From Phallusia mammillata (taxonomy: Eukaryota), in assembly GCA_965637545.1 (NCBI GenBank), contig OZ281501.1, positions 7,254,001-7,318,000 of the forward strand: a stretch of 64,000 nt of DNA, written 5' to 3'. Below, one piece after another: positions 28,801 to 40,800 of this stretch. The number at the start of each line of letters is the position of its first letter. Position 1 is the first letter of the stretch. A program made the position numbers and the translations under genes. The notes beneath the pieces were generated by a model. That model saw only the letters and a list, made by a program, of their open reading frames with translations. It did not search any database and was not told the DNA's origin.

Positions 28801-31800
28801 TGGTGCTGCAATCGACGTTAGCGTTCCAATTGTAGGAAAACCGGCACCAACTGTTAGCTGGAAGGCTTCTGGTCGGGCACTTAAGAAGGGAGGGCGCGTG
28901 TGTATGGTAACTAAGGATGACACAACATCACTGACTATTAAAGACTCAAAGAAAACAGATGCAGGAGAATACGTGCTTAGCCTAGAGAACTCGGTCGGAG
29001 AGAAGAGCTACAAACTCAGTGTGGTTGTACTTGGTAAGTCTAAATTTAAACAAGGCTATTTACTGAGAAGTTGATTAAATCAAAACCACATTGCCTATTG
29101 GTTTCCACATAGTAATTGATGTTGTTATTTCCTCAGACATTCCCGGAGCGCCAACCGGTCCGATTAACTTTACGGAGGTTACTGCTGACAGCATTACGAT
29201 TTCGTGGGCTCCCCCACAGGATACTGGAGGAAGCGAAATTACCAACTACGCTGTGGATTACCGAGAGTTTGGACGTGCAACCTGGTCCAACGTGACCTCG
29301 TGTACAACAAGAACATTTATAAAGGTTCGTGCTCGGATTAGCTTACGATTTTACAAATCTTTAATAACACAATATAAGCATATTAATTACCGCTATGAAC
29401 TATATGCAGGTGGGAAAGCTTCAACGCAATACTGAGTATCAGTTCCGCGTCATAGCCGAAAGCAAGTACGGCATTGGTGAACCTTTAGTTTCCGAAATTT
29501 GCAGAGCAGACTACCAATACAGTAAGAAGCGTTCTGTCCTTAATTATTATGCCCATTCCGTCCTAATAAACTGTAAACAATTATCTTCAGCCGTACCAAG
29601 GCAACCTGGAACGCCTGGAATCACAGCGGTGACACGTGACACAGTGGCAATCAGCTGGAACGAGCCGACACACGACGGAGGTAGCGCAGTGACCGGGTAC
29701 TACGTTGAAAAGAAGGAAAAGAACTCAATTCTATGGCAGAGAGACAGTGATAAGCCAACGCCCAACAGATCATACACATGCAAAGGTAAGGCTCCGCAGT
29801 TCGAATTGTACGATATAGTGATTAAAACGTATGTAAACCATAGACCAAAAACTAATCGTATTTATGTCAACAGGATTGCTTGAAGGCTTGGAATACCAAT
29901 TCCGAATTGTGGCTGAAAACGAGGCTGGCCTTAGTAAACCTGGTGAGGCAAGCCGCCCTGTCGAAGTAATCAGTGCAGTCAGTGCACCGTACGATGTGGT
30001 CATCGACGACATCTCTCGTCACTCGGTCGTTTTGCGCTGGAAGAAGCCGCTCGCCGATGGAGGCAGCAAGATCGCGTACTATAACATCGAAAGACGCCAT
30101 GTACCCGAAGGCAGATGGCTTAAATGCAATTTCACCAACGTCACCGAATGTGTGTTTGAGGTCACTGGACTTACACCAAATGATTCATACGAATTCCGTG
30201 TGACTGCTCGCAATGCGATTGGTACCGTTGGGCAACCATCGGATGTTCTTGGGCCGATTGTGTGCAAGCCCAAGTATAAACCACCATCGATTGACATGGA
30301 CAGCAAATTCATGTCGGATGTTGTCCAGATTCGCGCTGGCAATACACTGCGACTCGATGCTGAAATATCAGGAAAACCACAACCGAACGTGTTTTGGTCC
30401 AAGGGAGAAACCGATCTTGAAGATACTGATCACATGACCATCGTGACCTCACCAACGTCCACTGCACTGATCATAAAGGACGTGACTCGTGATGATAGCG
30501 CCCGCTACGCCCTATTGTTGCGTAATGAATGCGGTGAGAAGAGGACGACCATCAACGTTAAGGTCCTTGACAAACCAGGACAGCCTAAAGGTCCAGTAGT
30601 GTTTAGCCGCGTCAGTGCTGAGAAATGCAATTTGTCGTGGGAAAGACCAGTTGAAGACGGAGGTGCTGATATCACCCATTACGTGGTGGAAAAGCGTGAA
30701 ACTTCTAGGATCAGCTGGATTGCTGTCAACGAAAACCTCGAACATACATCATGTACTGTGCCCAACTTAGTACCCAACAACGAGTACATCTTCCGCATTT
30801 CAGCAGTGAACAAGTACGGAAAAGGCTCACCTCTCGAGTCGGAGCCATTGGTAGCGAAGAACCAGTTCATTGCACCACAGGCACCAGGACAACCAGAGAT
30901 CGCAGCTACAACCAAAGACTCTGTAACCATTACATGGACCAGACCAACTTGTGACGGTGGAGCAAGCATCAAAAACTACGTGATTGAAAAACGTGACAAG
31001 CAAGGCCAGAGATGGATTCGCTGCAACAAACAGCAAGAAGTTACTGACCTTCGTTTCAAAGCTACCGGACTCCGCCACAAGGCTAAGATCGAGTTCAGAG
31101 TTGCGGCTGAAAATGCTGCTGGTCTTGGCGGCTTCAGTGAACCCAGTTCATACGCATGTGTCCAAGACCCAGTCTTTGCGCCGGCCGCTCCAAGTCATCT
31201 GCGAGTCGTGGATTCAACACGAAACAGCGTTAGCCTGGCATGGAACTCACCGCTATACGATGGTGGCAGCTCTGTCGATGGTTACATTGTGGAATGTACT
31301 GAGTCTATCGCCGACAAAGAGGACAATTGGATGAAGATGCACAAATCAAATCACATTCAGAACACAGAGTTTACCGTTACCGGCCTCAGAAATGGGCATG
31401 AGTACAAGTTCCGAGTCTACGCTGTTAACGTTAACGGTGTTAGTGAAGAAGCAGCAACTCTGAAGGAAGCAGTTGCCGCTAAAGATATAATCGAAGAACC
31501 TGAACTTGAAATCGACGATGCTTTCCGCAAAACTGTGAGTGTACACGCCGGTAAGCCCTTGCGCTTATACGTGCTCGTTAAGGGACGCCCAGCACCGACT
31601 GTCGCATGGTCGAAGGCTCCATACGGTGAGGACTTAAGCGCCAAGGCGTTCATCGAGACTCACGAGGCCGCAAGCCGCTTGGAAATCGAAAAGACCGATC
31701 GGTACGATGCTGGTAAATACACAATCTCGCTTGAGAACCAAAGCGGAAAGAAGGAGGCAACAATCAATGTGAGGATATACGATACACCAGGAAAGCCTGG

Positions 31801-34800
31801 ACCCATCAATATTCGCGAAGTGACCAGAAGCTCAATCTCTTTCGGCTGGGAAGCGCCTGAGATCGATGGTGGAAGCGCCATTCGCAACTATGTTGTAGAG
31901 AAACGTGAAGCTACTCGTCGAACATGGAGTACTGTTACAACCAAGTGCTCGAAGATGGGTTACAAGATTCCTGACCTCGTTGAGGGAGTAAGCTACTTTT
32001 TCCGAGTTCTAGCCGAAAATGAGTACGGAATCGGTGAAGGACGTGAAACCGAAACGGCGATTAAGATCTCCGAGCAACCTTCACCACCAGCTGTGGTCGA
32101 AGCCACTGATGTCACAGCTAGCACTGTCACATTGGCGTGGGAGCGACCAGAACAAGATGGCGGATCTCGAATTGAAGGATACGTCGTCGAGATGATGGAA
32201 AAGGGCACAGACAAGTGGCTGAAGGTCGGAAACACCAAAGACCAAAGCTTCACCGTAAAGGGATTGAAAACTGGCTTGGATTACTACTTCAGAGTTAAAG
32301 CCAAGAATGATAGCGGACTTGGTGAGGCACGCGAAATGCTTTCATCGGTTACTGTGAAAGAACAACTCGTTGCCCCTGAGGTCGACATGACAAGCTTACC
32401 ACAGAAGACTCTTAACGTGAAGGCGGGATCTCCAATTGTACTTAAACTGCCAATTGTCGGCCGACCTGCGCCAACAGTTGCATGGACCAAGGACAATAAC
32501 GAAATTAAAGAAGATCTAAAAAGGACCACTATTAAGTCCACCGACTCCAATGCTTCGTTGGAGATCCGTGAATCAACTGTTGAGGATCGTGGCGACTACC
32601 GTCTTACGCTGACCAACTCCTCAGGCACTTGCACTCAGCTCATTCGAGTTGTGGTCCTTGATGTGCCACTGGCTCCGCAAGGACCGGCTGAGGTTTCGGA
32701 CATCACGGCAACTTCTGTAGTGCTGCATTGGAAACCACCCCAGTACGATGGCGGTGCGACGCTTAGCAACTACGTAGTTGAAAAGCGAGAAAGCCACAGG
32801 CCAAACTGGGTGACTGTCAGCTCCACCGTTACCAGAACAACCATTAAGATTACTCGTCTCAATGAGGATACTGAGTATATGTTCCGTGTAATGGCACAGA
32901 ATCGTTTTGGAGTCGGCAAAGCTTTGACATCTGAAGAGATCGTTGTAAAGAGTCAGTTTGGTCTTCCAGGAGCACCAGGAACGCCACAGATTACTTCATG
33001 CAGCAAGGACAGCATGACAGTCATTTGGATGGAACAAGTAAATGATGGCGGTGCCGAGATCACTGGCTACATTGTTGAAAGGAAAGAACCGAAGTCTTCA
33101 CGTTGGATCAGAGCCACCAGAACGCCAGTGACCCAAACAAGATTTGTCAGCAGCGGTCTCATCGAGGGTGTTGAGTACGTGCACAGAGTCATCGCTATAA
33201 ACGCAAAGGGGGAAGGAAAACCAAGCAAAGACACGGAACCAAGGACATGTCAAGAACCAGTTGTACCACCGGGTGCACCAAGAAATCCTCGCATTGTTGA
33301 CGTGACGAAGGCAACATTGTCCGTCGCATGGGAAAAACCAGAGTTCGAAGGAGGTTCCAAGATACTTGGATACTACATCGAGATGCGAAAGGATGACACC
33401 TGGTGGGAGAAATGCAACACCACACCGATTCGTATCACCGAGTACACTTTGAAGGGTCTCCCAGAAGGCGGCGAGTACTACCTTCGCGTTCTAGCATTGA
33501 ATGCAGGAGGAACAGGACAGGCTTCTGAAATCCAGAAGCCGGTTGTTATCCGAGACATGAGCGGACCTCCAGAGGTGCTGGATACGTTTGTTGATCACGT
33601 AGTAGCACGCACCGGTGGTGTTGTGCGTCTCTTGGTGCCGTTTAAGTGCCGCCCGTCACCACATGTCGAGTGGAAAAAGATTAGCGGTACTGAAGCGGAC
33701 TTGAACATCCGTGCCATGACTGCAATTCAAGCTGAATCTGCTGAGCTTGTCATGAAGGGCGTTGACCGTCGAGATGCAGGCGAATACCGAGCTTTGCTTA
33801 CAAACAAACTTGGCGAGAAGGAAGTTACAATCCACCTTCAAGTAATCGGCAAGCCCGACGCACCAGAGGGCCCAATGCAGTTTGGCGAGATTGAAGCGAC
33901 ATCAGTGAAACTTGTGTGGAAGCCGGTGCTCGATAACGGAGGCAGCGAAGTGACCAACTACGCTGTAGAAAGACGCGAAGTCAGCAAGACCGCTTGGTTT
34001 ACCGTCGATTCCAAAATCAGAGCAACACACTGCACGGTTAAAGGTCTAACTGAAGGCCGTGAATACTACTTCAAAGTTTACGCCGAGAACGCATTCGGGC
34101 TTGGAGAGCCTTTACAGAACCCCGATCCCGTTGTACCCAAGAACCCACTATTTGCACCGCAGCCACCACAGATTGTTGAACTCAATGAGGTTCGCAAAGA
34201 TCGCGTATTTTTGTCTTGGCCACGAACCCGCGACGACGGTGGTTCACGCGTCACTGGATACTTTGTCGAGCGCCGCGAAGCTGGATCGGAAAGATGGGTT
34301 CGAGTTAACAAGGTACTCACCAAAAATCTTTCCTTCGTGGTGCAGGGATTGGTCGAAGACGCGGAGTACCAGTTCCGCGTTGTCGCTCTCAACGATGTCG
34401 GAGAAGGCGAGCCTTCAGAACCAACTGAGATCGTCGCTTGTAAAGATCCCTTCGATAAGCCTTCATCACCAGAAGACGTAGAGGTTCATCATATTACAAA
34501 GGATTCCATCACTCTTGCCTGGAGCAAACCAGAATTTGATGGAGGCAAGGGCATTCAGGGTTATATTATCGAGCACCGCGAATATGGAATGACTTTGTGG
34601 AAGCAGAGTCACGAAGATATGATCCGCGATCGCATTTACCAGATTGGAGGTTTGGACCAAGGCGCTGAGTACGAGTTTAGACTCTACTCTGTCAACGAGC
34701 AAGGACGTTCGCGCCCAAGAGCTTTGGAAGCGCCTGTGGCGACAAAGAAGGCGGCAGGAGAGAAGCCTGAGATTCTTAAGCCTCTTGACACTACCACCGC

Positions 34801-37800
34801 GGTTCGTGATACAACCGGAGTCCTAACTTGTCAGGTTTCAGGACGACCTCTTCCGGATATCTCATGGATTCGATTCGGCAAAGAGCTTCAGAGCGGCAGA
34901 AAATACAAGATGTCTTCTGAGGGCCAGGTCAACTCGCTTCATATTCAAAATGTCACAGACGAAGACGAAGGCGGGTACCACATGGTTGCCAAAAACAACG
35001 TTGGAACACTGGATGTTGAAGGCACTTTGGTTGTCGAGGGCGTTCCTATTCTTGATGACAGCAACATGCGTTTCAAGGATAGGGTTACAGCTAAGCACGG
35101 CCAGACCTTGCGTATCCATGTTCCATACAAGGGCAGACCAATTGCACAGGCAATTTGGACTAAAGAGGGTCGCCGTTTTGAGAAGAGCGAACGACATGAA
35201 ATTGAAACAACTGACAACTACACTCACTTGCTTGTTAAGTCTGCTGATAGAAACAAGGACACCGGCAAGTACATGGTGAAGCTGAACAACGCTCACGGCC
35301 ACAACACCTATCCCATTGAAGTCGAGATCCAAGATGTTCCATCTAAAGTACAAGATATCCAGGTGTCCAATGTTACTTTGAACAGCATGGTACTGACATG
35401 GAAGGAGCCACTTGACAATGGCGGTGCTCCAGTGTCAAACTACATCATTGAAAAACGTGACATTGAAGACGATGAAAATAGGTGGACTTTGGTGACATCG
35501 AACACAGCTCAGACATCATACAAGGTTGGCAGGTTGATTGAGAAACACGCGTACTACTTCCGAATCTCAGCTGAAAACTGCTTCGGTGTCTCACAAGCAC
35601 AGGAGTCTGACTGTCCGACGGCAGCTAAACCACCACACGATGTGCCACAGAAACCGAGTCAGCCCGTAGCAACAGGAGTGTCCAAGGAAGGCTGTATGCT
35701 CAACTGGAAGCAGCCCAAGACCGATGGTGGCAGTAGGATTTCAAACTACGTCGTGCAACGTCGCGACAACCGTCGCCCGAGATGGATGAAGATTAACAGC
35801 GAAACGTTGACTCAATCTGTTTATCAAGTGACAGGACTAGTGGAAGGAATTACCTACGAATTCCGCGTCATCGCAGAAAACTCCGCCGGGGCATCGGAAC
35901 CATCGGATGTATCCGAACAGGTTGTGCCAAAAGACGACATCCGAGTCACTAAGCCAAAGTTTGTTGAAAGCCTTCGAGACTTAGTGCTTAAACCGAACCA
36001 GAACGCAACATTTAGTTGCAAGATTTCAGGACAACCAAAGCCTATTGTGAAGTGGTACAAGGGAGGGCGCGAGATTTCGGGCTGCCCGAAATATCAGATG
36101 CATGAAGGCAAGGGCAACCATTACTCATTGGTTATTTCTGATGTTACTGCTGCTGATGAGTTACCATACACCGTGAGGGCTACCAACCATGGCGGCTCAA
36201 TCTCAGCTACAGTGCAGTTGGATGTTCAGCTTCCAGCGCAAGTTAACTTGCCGAAGTACATGATGTCAGAGGCAACAGTTTGCAAGGTGCACGAAGTCGT
36301 AAGCATCAAGGTGCCCATTCAAGGAAAACCTATGCCAGATGTTACTTGGACAAAGGCTGGAAAGGTTGTGAGCCAAGACGCTCACAGGCAATTCATCACA
36401 ACACCGTCCTTTACATCAATGACCATCACCAACGCAGACCGCCGTGATTCTGGATTCTACAACATCACTGTAAAGAACCGATTTGGCACACATCAAGCCA
36501 CAGTAGAACTTCTGGTCGGCGATGTTCCATCGCGGCCAGAGGCATTGAAGGTTTCTGGCGTGACTCGCGATTCGGTCGATTTGTCGTGGAAGGAGCCTTC
36601 CGATGATGGCGGCAAGCCGGTCTTGAAATATATCATCGAGAAGAGCACTGTGTCAAGCGATAGATGGATGAAGGTTTCATCTTCAAGCACCTGTCACTAC
36701 ACCGTATGTAACCTTTCAGGCAAGACCAGCTACGAATTCCGAGTATTGGCTGAAAACGAGTACGGCCAAAGCAAACCTTCACAAGCGTGTGATCCAATCA
36801 CCACCAAGGAGGATCGCATGATGGCAGGCAACTACGATGACATGGTCGACGCCACTGAGAAGTTCGTACCCGGTTTGGCTGAGGTCTACAAATCCAACGT
36901 GCTCGACAAATATCAGATCATGGAAGAACTCGGTCGTGGTACCTTTGGAGTTGTGCATAGAGCCAAGGAGATCCTCACTGGCAAAATATGGGCAGTGAAG
37001 ATTTGTCGCTTCTCGGACGAGTCGGACAAGGCTCCAGTGCTACGTGAAGCTGAGATTATGAGGAAACTACAGCATCCACGAGTCCTGCAACTTCACGAAG
37101 TCTTCAATGTAAAGGGCGAAACATCTTTGGTTGTTCAGTTTGTGTCAGGAGGCGATCTGCTTGAGAGGGTCACTGGTCCTATGTTCGATCTCACTGAAAA
37201 CATGTGTGTATACTTGCTGAAGCAAGTGTGCGAAGCCCTTGCCTTTGTGCACTCGCAAAAAATCGCTCATCTGGATATTAAGCCGGAGAACATCCTCTTT
37301 ATGACACGTAGAAGCAAAAAGATCAAGCTCATCGACTTTGGTGTTTCACGTCAGCTCAAAACTGGCGAAGGTGCGAATGATATAAATTACTAATGTGTTA
37401 AAATATTGTTTAATGTAACAAAGGCGTTATGTGCATACAACAGCTTTTCGTATTTACAACCAAAAATATACACTATTTATCTCTTATTAGGACTAAGAAT
37501 CGCATTCGGAACACCTGAGTTCTGCGCCCCAGAAGTTGTTCAAAACGACACGGTCGGATGCTCAACCGATATGTGGTCTCTTGGTGTTATCACTTACTTA
37601 TTGCTCACTGGAGTGTCACCGTTCCATGGTGAAAACGACAGCGATACGTTAAAGAACGTAGCCGAGGCCGATTGGACTTTTGACCGAGAGGAGTTCGGCT
37701 TGGTGTCTGATGATGCCCTGGACTTTATTGACAGGTGAGTAATTTAGCTATACCCTGATACTGGTTGAATTTTTATCCTGTTGAATGCTAATTGCAACAT

Positions 37801-40800
37801 GCCTTAATTTACATGCCAGCTTCTTCATAATTTGCTCTTTGTACTTTAGGTTGCTAGTCAAGGAGAAGAAGGAGAGAATGACAGCTGACGACGCTTTGCA
37901 ACATCCATGGATGCGCACTTTGCATCCCGAGGTCGATGAGGATCTGATGGAGCGAAGATCGGTAATCATTCAAACCACACAACATCGCAAGTTTTACCAA
38001 ACCATTAAGAAGCAGGATGTGTCTACGGTTATCGTGTCTCTTGGTCGCTACGCTTCTGGTGGAGCCATGCGCTCCCTCAAGGGAAAATCTGTGGCCAAGG
38101 TCAAGGTTGAGCCTGTGGACATGACACCTCATCTCATGCCAATGCATCATGTCTTTGTGAAAGAGAGTGATGACGCGAAGATCATTTGCCGTATCAAGGA
38201 CGCTGACGACAATGAGACTGTAACTTGGTAAGCATTTATTTCCTCAAGAGATATACTAAACTTACAATGTAAAACCCTTTAAATATTTTCTTGATTATCT
38301 TTTAAAATTATCCGTTAATAAATGCCGTTCTTTGTGCTCTTTAGGTACAAGGACAATATCAAGCTTGACGACGAAGACAAGTATGAATTCGGTTACGATC
38401 AACATACGGGCGCAGCATCACTTTATGTGAAGGGTGTAGTGAGATCGGACGACGGAAGCTACAAGTGCCGAGTCGAAAATGCGTTTGGTGTCAACTCGCA
38501 AACTTGCGAACTTTGCGTGGAACTTAAGAACAGGTCGGTTGGACACCTATACAAAAAATTGCAACAAATTGCAGTTGTAGCTATATATAAATACAATACA
38601 TAACCTTGGTTATTGTCACAGAGAATGGACTCGAACCCGCCGCAGCATCTACTTGAACAAGCACAAGAAGAGAGGCAAGCGCAGTGGAGCAGAAGACATC
38701 TCCAGGATCATCAAGTCGCCTCCAGAGTTTACTCTACCACTCTACAACAGAAGCGTGTACGTTGGAGATCCAGCCATCTTCACAATAACAGTCACTGTTC
38801 ATCCGACGCCTGAAATCACATGGTTCCACAACGGACAGAAGGTCAAGGCCACGGATGATTCAAACTACAGTGTAACGAAGGAGAAGGGACTCTACACACT
38901 ACAGATTAGGGACTGTCAGGCGGAAGACAACGGCGATGTCACTGTGACTGCCAGAAACGCCTATGGTGAAGATGAATGCAAGGCTACTCTGACAGTGCAA
39001 CGTACGTAGCAATAGATATAAATTCTGATATTTAGGCAGTACTTGAAAATCTAATATATTGCTGCAATAAAATATATTCAAGTTTTTAACAATTGGTTTT
39101 CTACTGCAGCAAAACCGGTCAAAGAGGACTTGAGCGTTCGTCCAATGTTCCGAAGGTTGCTTGCAAACCAAGAGGTAGAGGAAGGTGATAATGCGCGATT
39201 TGATATTCGCGTTACCGGATTCCCCAAACCTGTTGTTGAATGGTACGTACAATCCACTAGCACTGTTACCTTTCTAAGGCAGGAGTTTAACGTGTCTTTT
39301 AACATCAGGGAGAAGGACGGCAAGCCGATTCGATCAGACCACCATCACGATATTGAGTGGGAAGATAAACATTCATGCTACTTGCTGATTCGGGACACAT
39401 TCCAACAGGACAGCGGCCAGTACAAGGTTACTGCTAAGAACTCAGCCGGCACAGCCAGTTGCCAAGCAACACTACAAGTTCAGCCGTTAGCGTACAGGAA
39501 ACGCAAGAAGTAAGTGTACAAAAGAAATTGCGTCAAACTTTGTTTCCACCCCTATTAGAAATTGCTAACCCGCAATTTTCTCTTCAAGACCACAACAAGA
39601 CGCAGATCTATTCGCACGCGAAAAGGCTTACAAGATGGCAGACAAGCTTTCAATGCTTCAAGGCGACGCCGTTGATGTAAGGATGAACGCATCAGCGAAA
39701 GAGGCTCTTCTGAGCGCCTCTACTCAGAGCTCGTTTTTCCGACAACCGGTTACAGACGACGAGGCCAAGCAGGAGAAGGAAGAGCGGAGAAGAGCCAAAG
39801 AGCGAGATCTTAACCTCAGGATGCCCTACGACGTCCCGGAACCAATCCAACGTTCGGAGAAGTCCCTTAAAGAAGATACGACTCTTAAGAGCTTCGTGCC
39901 TTTGAGTGACTTCAAGTGGTACAAGAAAGTCCAGCAATCGAATGAGGCTTACGTTCCGACCGATATCTCACGCGATGAAAGGCGAAGTCGTCGATTGAAG
40001 AGACAGTTTGTGCCAGACGTGGCCTACATTGTCCCCGACAAACGCTACGGATCAACTACAAGGTACGGTTCACTACATCATAAATCCAAATATTATTGTA
40101 ATCGAAAAAGCCAAGATATGTTTTGCTTGTAATATTTTACACAGTGGAAATATGAAAGTCATTTTGTTCACAGACGTGACATGCAAATGCGCACAATCGA
40201 TGACGTACTTGGTGATGGCATGATGCAGCAGCGTGACAGGAGCTTGTCACCTGATGAAGACGAGATCGTACTTCAAAGGAAAGAACGCTCCCGCATTCCC
40301 AAACGCATGAGTCCAATTCCTTTCAAGCAACCTAAATGGCAGCAGTACTACAAACCAATGGCTGATGACGACGAGGTAAGATACCTTAACCGAGTCCGTT
40401 ACGATATACATTTAACTGAATTTACATTTTATTTAATATCATATTTTTCAAACAGGTTTTGCGCCCTGTGCGAGATTACCTTGAAAATGCATCTGCCAAG
40501 GAGTATGTACAGGAAATGGAATCAAGAGGCATCGAAGAGCGTGCCGATGGGTTAAAAAGTTACGCTGATCTGCTCAGGGAACAAAGAGAGTCGTCTTTGG
40601 AAACTGGACAGGTGCAGGAGAAGTACGAGTACCGACCAGTAAAAGTGCCAAAGAAGGCTGATGCTTCACCGTCATATGTGTCGCTTCGGGGACGCCACGA
40701 TCAGGCTTTGATGTCAAAGAAGTACTCAACGTAAGATTTGTTCCTTTAAACTAAAATCATTTTGAACAAAATTAATACATATAGTTGATGCTTTGTACTG

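Noticed and set aside
11257-36690. Numerous 60-200 aa minus-strand and alternative-frame ORFs overlapping titin exons
   Set aside because: These are shadow ORFs of a long repetitive coding sequence. They recur at equivalent domain positions, have no independent splice or start context, and show no recognisable domains.
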